From positions 87,796 through 151,795 of the forward strand of contig JAYYZJ010000003.1 in the NCBI GenBank assembly GCA_036340075.1: DNA of 64,000 nucleotides, read 5' to 3'. The first letter of the stretch is position 1. Each line of letters starts with the position of its first letter. Under the pieces are notes generated by a model that searched no databases, was not told where the DNA came from, and saw nothing but the letters and a program-made list of their open reading frames with translations. Positions 60,211 through 64,000 of the stretch are shown here, one piece after another. The translations under genes and the position numbers were made by a program. The stretch comes from Thermodesulfobacteriota bacterium. Its GTDB lineage: Bacteria > Desulfobacterota_D > UBA1144.

Positions 60211-60843
60211 ATGAAGACACTGATAACCTTTATAAGATCAAACTTTCTTGCTGGATTAGCGATTTTTATACCTTTCATTATTACTATTTATTTAGTAATA
60301 CAGCTAGGCACTTGGTTTAATTCTTTTGTAGATTTTACACCTGCAAGATTTATTGATTTGGACCAACTCCCAAAAGTTGTATCGGATTCGATTTTGTTTT
60401 TAGTTGCCTTATGTTTTTTTGTGTTAGCTATAACAATACTAGGAGTTGCAACTAAAAATTTGTTGGGAAAGTTTTTATTATCACTAGGAGAAAAAACAAT
60501 TTCAAAAATACCGCTCGCCAATTCTATTTTTTCAACTACAAAACAAATTTCCAAGATAGTCTTTTCTGAAGGAGGAAAAAATCAACAAGTTGTCTTGGTT
60601 GAATATCCGAGAAAGGGATCTTATTGCTTAGGGTTTGCAACTCAACCCATCGATTCAAAAAGCTTAGACAAGATACCGGTATTCGTGCCAACTTCTCCAA
60701 ACCCAAGCTCGGGTTTTTTGGTTTTTTTTGAAAAAAGTGATTTAAAAGAACTTAGTATTTCAGCTGATGATGCATTTAAACTTATAATTTCAGGGGGCCT
60801 TTCTATTAATGAATCAGAATCAATTTCAAAATATAATTTCTGA
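60211..60843 (+). CDS. DUF502 family membrane protein
   Basis: FLAGL...P...T, VEYPRKG, VFVPTSPNPSSGF, IISGG. Confidence 0.9.
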   Translation: MKTLITFIRSNFLAGLAIFIPFIITIYLVIQLGTWFNSFVDFTPARFIDLDQLPKVVSDSILFLVALCFFVLAITILGVATKNLLGKFLLSLGEKTISKIPLANSIFSTTKQISKIVFSEGGKNQQVVLVEYPRKGSYCLGFATQPIDSKSLDKIPVFVPTSPNPSSGFLVFFEKSDLKELSISADDAFKLIISGGLSINESESISKYNF

Positions 60844-62209
60844 TTTTGAAAAATACTTAAAAAAGAATGAAAAAATTGTTTTGGGCTTGTCGGGAGGACA
60901 AGATTCAATTGCGCTATTACATCTTTTACTAGAGTCTAAACTTGAATTAGATATTTATGCTTGCCATTTAAATCATTCATTAAGAGGAATTGATTCAGAC
61001 AAAGATCAAGAATTTGTAGAAAAAGTTTGCAAAGAAAAGAACATTCCTTTGTTTGTAAAAAAAATAAGTATAGCCCGAGCAGCAAAACGTTTAAAAATAG
61101 GAGTTGAAGAGACTGGTAGAGTATTAAGAAGGAAATTCTTTGAAAAGATTTGTGATGATATAAAGGCGAAAAAGATTCTATTGGCCCATCATTTAGACGA
61201 TCAAGTAGAGACTTTTTTCATGAGACTTCTAAGAGGATCTTCATTGAAGGGTCTCCAAAGTATGAATATAAATGATGGCAAGTACTTACGACCTCTAATT
61301 CCTTATAGGAAAGTTGATTTAACTAATTTTCTAGTTACTAGAAAATTAGATTGGATTCAGGATGAATCAAATAATCTAACAGATTATACAAGGAACAATA
61401 TCAGAAAAAATTTGATTCCAATATTGGAAAAATTTAATCCTAATATCCACTCAACTATATTTCATACTCTTGATTTAATTTCTCAACAGAACCAACAAAT
61501 AGGAATACAAATTGCCTCAATAGAAGAAAAAATAATTAAACAGGTTTCAGAAAATGAATATGTAATTTCCACTAAGGATCTCTTTTCTTTAAGTGATTTT
61601 GAAATTAGCGAAATGTTTTACAGGTTTTTTATTAGTAAAATTGGCCCTAAAGATTTCCTGAGCTATAAAAATATTAATGATTTAGTAAAAATGACAAAAA
61701 GCGAAAACGCATCCAGCGAGTTCTTTTTAACAAAAAATATCAAGATAGAAAAGGGATACGAATTTTTATTTATAAAAACCTATTTTGAAAACAAAGAAAA
61801 CCACAATTTAAATATCTCATCTGAAGGGATTTGGAAGAATGATTATTTAACGGTAAAAATTTCTAAAGAAAATTTAAACAATGAGGATAATTATTTATTT
61901 TTTGAATTACCAGAAGACGGCTTTCCCATAAATGTTAGAAGCTTTCAAAATGGCGACAGAATAAGGCTGAGGGGACTCAAGTCTCCTAAAAAGCTACATG
62001 ATATATTTATTGATAATAAAATCCCCAAGTTTATCAGAACAATGTTGCCAATATTTGAAGCTAATGGAACAATTTTTCATATACATGGTGTAGATATAAA
62101 TTCATCTTACAAATTAAAAAGCTACAAGAAAAACTCTATAGGCATCTCTGTAACAAGTAAAAATCTTGATGAGTTAATTAAGAGCACTATTCTTAATCAG
62201 AAAAATTAA
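60809..62209 (+). CDS. tilS: tRNA(Ile)-lysidine synthetase
   Basis: SGGQDS, HLNHSLR, AHHLDDQVET, DESN...YTRNNIR, C-terminal TilS domain. Confidence 0.96.
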   Translation: MNQNQFQNIISDFEKYLKKNEKIVLGLSGGQDSIALLHLLLESKLELDIYACHLNHSLRGIDSDKDQEFVEKVCKEKNIPLFVKKISIARAAKRLKIGVEETGRVLRRKFFEKICDDIKAKKILLAHHLDDQVETFFMRLLRGSSLKGLQSMNINDGKYLRPLIPYRKVDLTNFLVTRKLDWIQDESNNLTDYTRNNIRKNLIPILEKFNPNIHSTIFHTLDLISQQNQQIGIQIASIEEKIIKQVSENEYVISTKDLFSLSDFEISEMFYRFFISKIGPKDFLSYKNINDLVKMTKSENASSEFFLTKNIKIEKGYEFLFIKTYFENKENHNLNISSEGIWKNDYLTVKISKENLNNEDNYLFFELPEDGFPINVRSFQNGDRIRLRGLKSPKKLHDIFIDNKIPKFIRTMLPIFEANGTIFHIHGVDINSSYKLKSYKKNSIGISVTSKNLDELIKSTILNQKN

Positions 62210-63176
62210 GACTGTTACAATTTTTTTCTAGCCAACCGACTAGATCCACCATCATTTGATTTTCTAGGTGGTTCTTAATAAATAAAATTCCATTAGGTAT
62301 ATATTTCATATAGGATGTTTTTTTGTCTCTATATTGAAGTCTTGAAAAGATTCCAAGTATTTTTAAATTTCTTTGAACAGAAAAGAATGCGATTTCCTTT
62401 TGAATTTGAGCTGGGTCAAGATTTGATAAACTAATAAAGTAATCTACTAGAGAATCTCTTATATTCTTTCTCAAAGGTCTTCTGATATCTTCTACCAAAG
62501 AAACTAAATCATATACAGGAGAACCAGCAAGAGCATCTTGAAAATCAATTAATCCAACAGATTTCAGGCCTTGCCTGTCGTTGAGACAAAATAGGTTGTC
62601 CACATGATAATCTCTCATTACTAAAGTTTCAAAATTTGGGGAAACATAATGAAATAAATTAGAAATTATTAGTTCAAATTCGTTAATACTTTTTTTTCCA
62701 AGAGCAATATTTCTGTGTTCTTTTAAATACCAATCTGTAAAAAGCCTAGCCTCTTTTACTAGTTCAATCTCGGAGTACTCAACTATACCGTTCTTTTTAT
62801 TTAATTTTGGATTATACTCTCTATGAATAAAGTCTATTATATTAATTGCGGATTTATAAAGATCTTCTTCATTGCTATTAGATAAAGTTTTTGAAAAGAC
62901 TTCCTCGCCAAAATCTTCAAGCAGAAGAAAGCCATTATCTGAATCGATATCATAAATCTTGGGAGCACTCAATCCTAGTTTTAACAATATATTCCCAACA
63001 AGAAAAAAAGAATCAACAGATTCACCAAATTCATTTGGTGCATCCATAACCACTAGGTTCTTTCCCTTAATTCTATAATAGCTTCTAAAAGATGCATCGC
63101 TTTGAATTTTAATTAAAGGAAACCGATCTAATTTGTTTTTAGATAAAAATTGATGTATTAGTTTGTCTCTATTCAT
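62193..63176 (-). CDS. Aminoglycoside-phosphotransferase-fold kinase, probably MurNAc/GlcNAc anomeric kinase (AmgK-like)
   Basis: DASFRSYYR, VMDAP, LLEDFG, RDYHVDNL, IDFQDA, YDLVSL, QRNLKILGIF. Confidence 0.8.
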   Translation of the reverse strand: MNRDKLIHQFLSKNKLDRFPLIKIQSDASFRSYYRIKGKNLVVMDAPNEFGESVDSFFLVGNILLKLGLSAPKIYDIDSDNGFLLLEDFGEEVFSKTLSNSNEEDLYKSAINIIDFIHREYNPKLNKKNGIVEYSEIELVKEARLFTDWYLKEHRNIALGKKSINEFELIISNLFHYVSPNFETLVMRDYHVDNLFCLNDRQGLKSVGLIDFQDALAGSPVYDLVSLVEDIRRPLRKNIRDSLVDYFISLSNLDPAQIQKEIAFFSVQRNLKILGIFSRLQYRDKKTSYMKYIPNGILFIKNHLENQMMVDLVGWLEKNCNSLNFSD

Positions 63177-63212
63177 ACTATAATATCTATATCACCAAAT
63201 TAGGAGTTTGTA

Positions 63213-63899
63213 ATGAGTGAAAGTATATACAAAGATGATATTTCGTCATATATGAAAAAACTTAAAGATCTTGTGCCTGAATTAAATGATTCTTGGATGG
63301 GTTACCACAACGAAGTTTTTAAGGATGGGGCTATTAGCAATAAAGACAAGCAGCTTATAGCTTTGGCTTGTGCACATATAACAGGATGCCCATATTGTAT
63401 TAGAGCAAGAACAAAATCTTCCAAAGCCCAAGGGGCAACAGATGAACAAATAGGCGAAGCTATTTTTATTGCCATGAGATTAGCGATGGGACAACCTTAC
63501 GCCTTTGGTAGTATTGCATTTGAAAACTATGATTTAATGAAAGAAAAAAAGGATGTCACAGAAGGATATTTTATTAGTAAAAACATAACTCCTCAAATAC
63601 AAGAATTTCATCAACTCAGTGGAGAAACACATGAGAAATTTTCTAAATTTCACGAAATGGTCTACGAAGATGGACATCTTTCCAAGAAATTAAAGAAAGG
63701 ATTAATGGGGCTTGCATGTGCACTTCTAGCAAAATGTCCATGGTGTATAAGAAGTTGCGTGCGAGATGGTATTAAAGAAGGTGTAACGAAGGAAGAAATA
63801 ACAGAAGCAATAAATGTAGCCATGGTTATGAGCGCAGGAGCCTGTTGGGCACATGCTGGGATTTCTATGGAAACCGCAGAGAAATTTGGAAAAAAATAA
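63213..63899 (+). CDS. Carboxymuconolactone decarboxylase/AhpD family protein with two tandem domains
   Basis: Two similar halves: DGAISNKDKQLIALA..CPYC..GAT.EQI.EAI and DGHLSKK..LA..CPWC..GVT.EEI.EAI. Confidence 0.85.
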   Translation: MSESIYKDDISSYMKKLKDLVPELNDSWMGYHNEVFKDGAISNKDKQLIALACAHITGCPYCIRARTKSSKAQGATDEQIGEAIFIAMRLAMGQPYAFGSIAFENYDLMKEKKDVTEGYFISKNITPQIQEFHQLSGETHEKFSKFHEMVYEDGHLSKKLKKGLMGLACALLAKCPWCIRSCVRDGIKEGVTKEEITEAINVAMVMSAGACWAHAGISMETAEKFGKK

Positions 63900-64000
63900 T
63901 AGGAGCTTAATCAGTGAATTTCTCTAAAGCTGAAACAATTCACTATTTAATTATTACGACTCATGAGGATTAGACTAAACAGATATTTATCTGTTTCTGG

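Noticed and set aside
63900..64000. Gene start or end at the right edge
   Set aside because: The plus-strand GTG frame stops after 19 codons; a minus-strand frame (..PETDKYLFSLILMSRNN*) may be a gene end but is too short to call
1..64000. CRISPR arrays, rRNA, transposases, prophage or defence systems
   Set aside because: No spaced repeats, rRNA-like tracts or such protein motifs were seen; nearly all sequence is accounted for by the listed genes

Overview
AT-rich, very gene-dense bacterial chromosome segment. It contains the replication origin region: dnaA-dnaN, flanked by DnaA boxes, DnaA-trio repeats and an AT-rich tract. About 58 CDSs and one tRNA(CAU) are visible. I saw no mobile element, CRISPR array or rRNA. 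Most genes are housekeeping: uvrA, mnmG, leuS, dapL, glnD, korAB, nadCA, dnaB, xth, proC, prmC, murA, hisG, pheA-hisC-tyrA, pabBC, mnmE, pheT-ihfA, tilS. Tiny or overlapping intergenic spaces, deltaproteobacterial-like core genes and F420 genes (cofC, npdG) suggest a streamlined marine lineage such as Dadabacteria; this is inference only. The most unusual part is a ~12-16 kb acyl-CoA/carbonyl catabolic region (40.1-55.8 kb). Its centre is a separately transcribed tandem pair of equal-length (323 aa) acetoacetate-decarboxylase-superfamily paralogues. Around them are an aldehyde dehydrogenase, two thiolase-fold/DUF35 modules whose DUF35 partners have lost their zinc ligands, a MaoC hydratase, an acyl-CoA dehydrogenase, a nitroreductase, a sirtuin and an orphan AmiS/UreI channel. 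Other notable signals: strand skew that appears inverted at oriC, a parS-like site and a second DnaA-box cluster at mnmE, a possibly chimeric leuS, a rhodanese-SufU pair, and a large uncharacterised nitroreductase-fold protein. All calls come from motif recognition by eye; no database searches were run.
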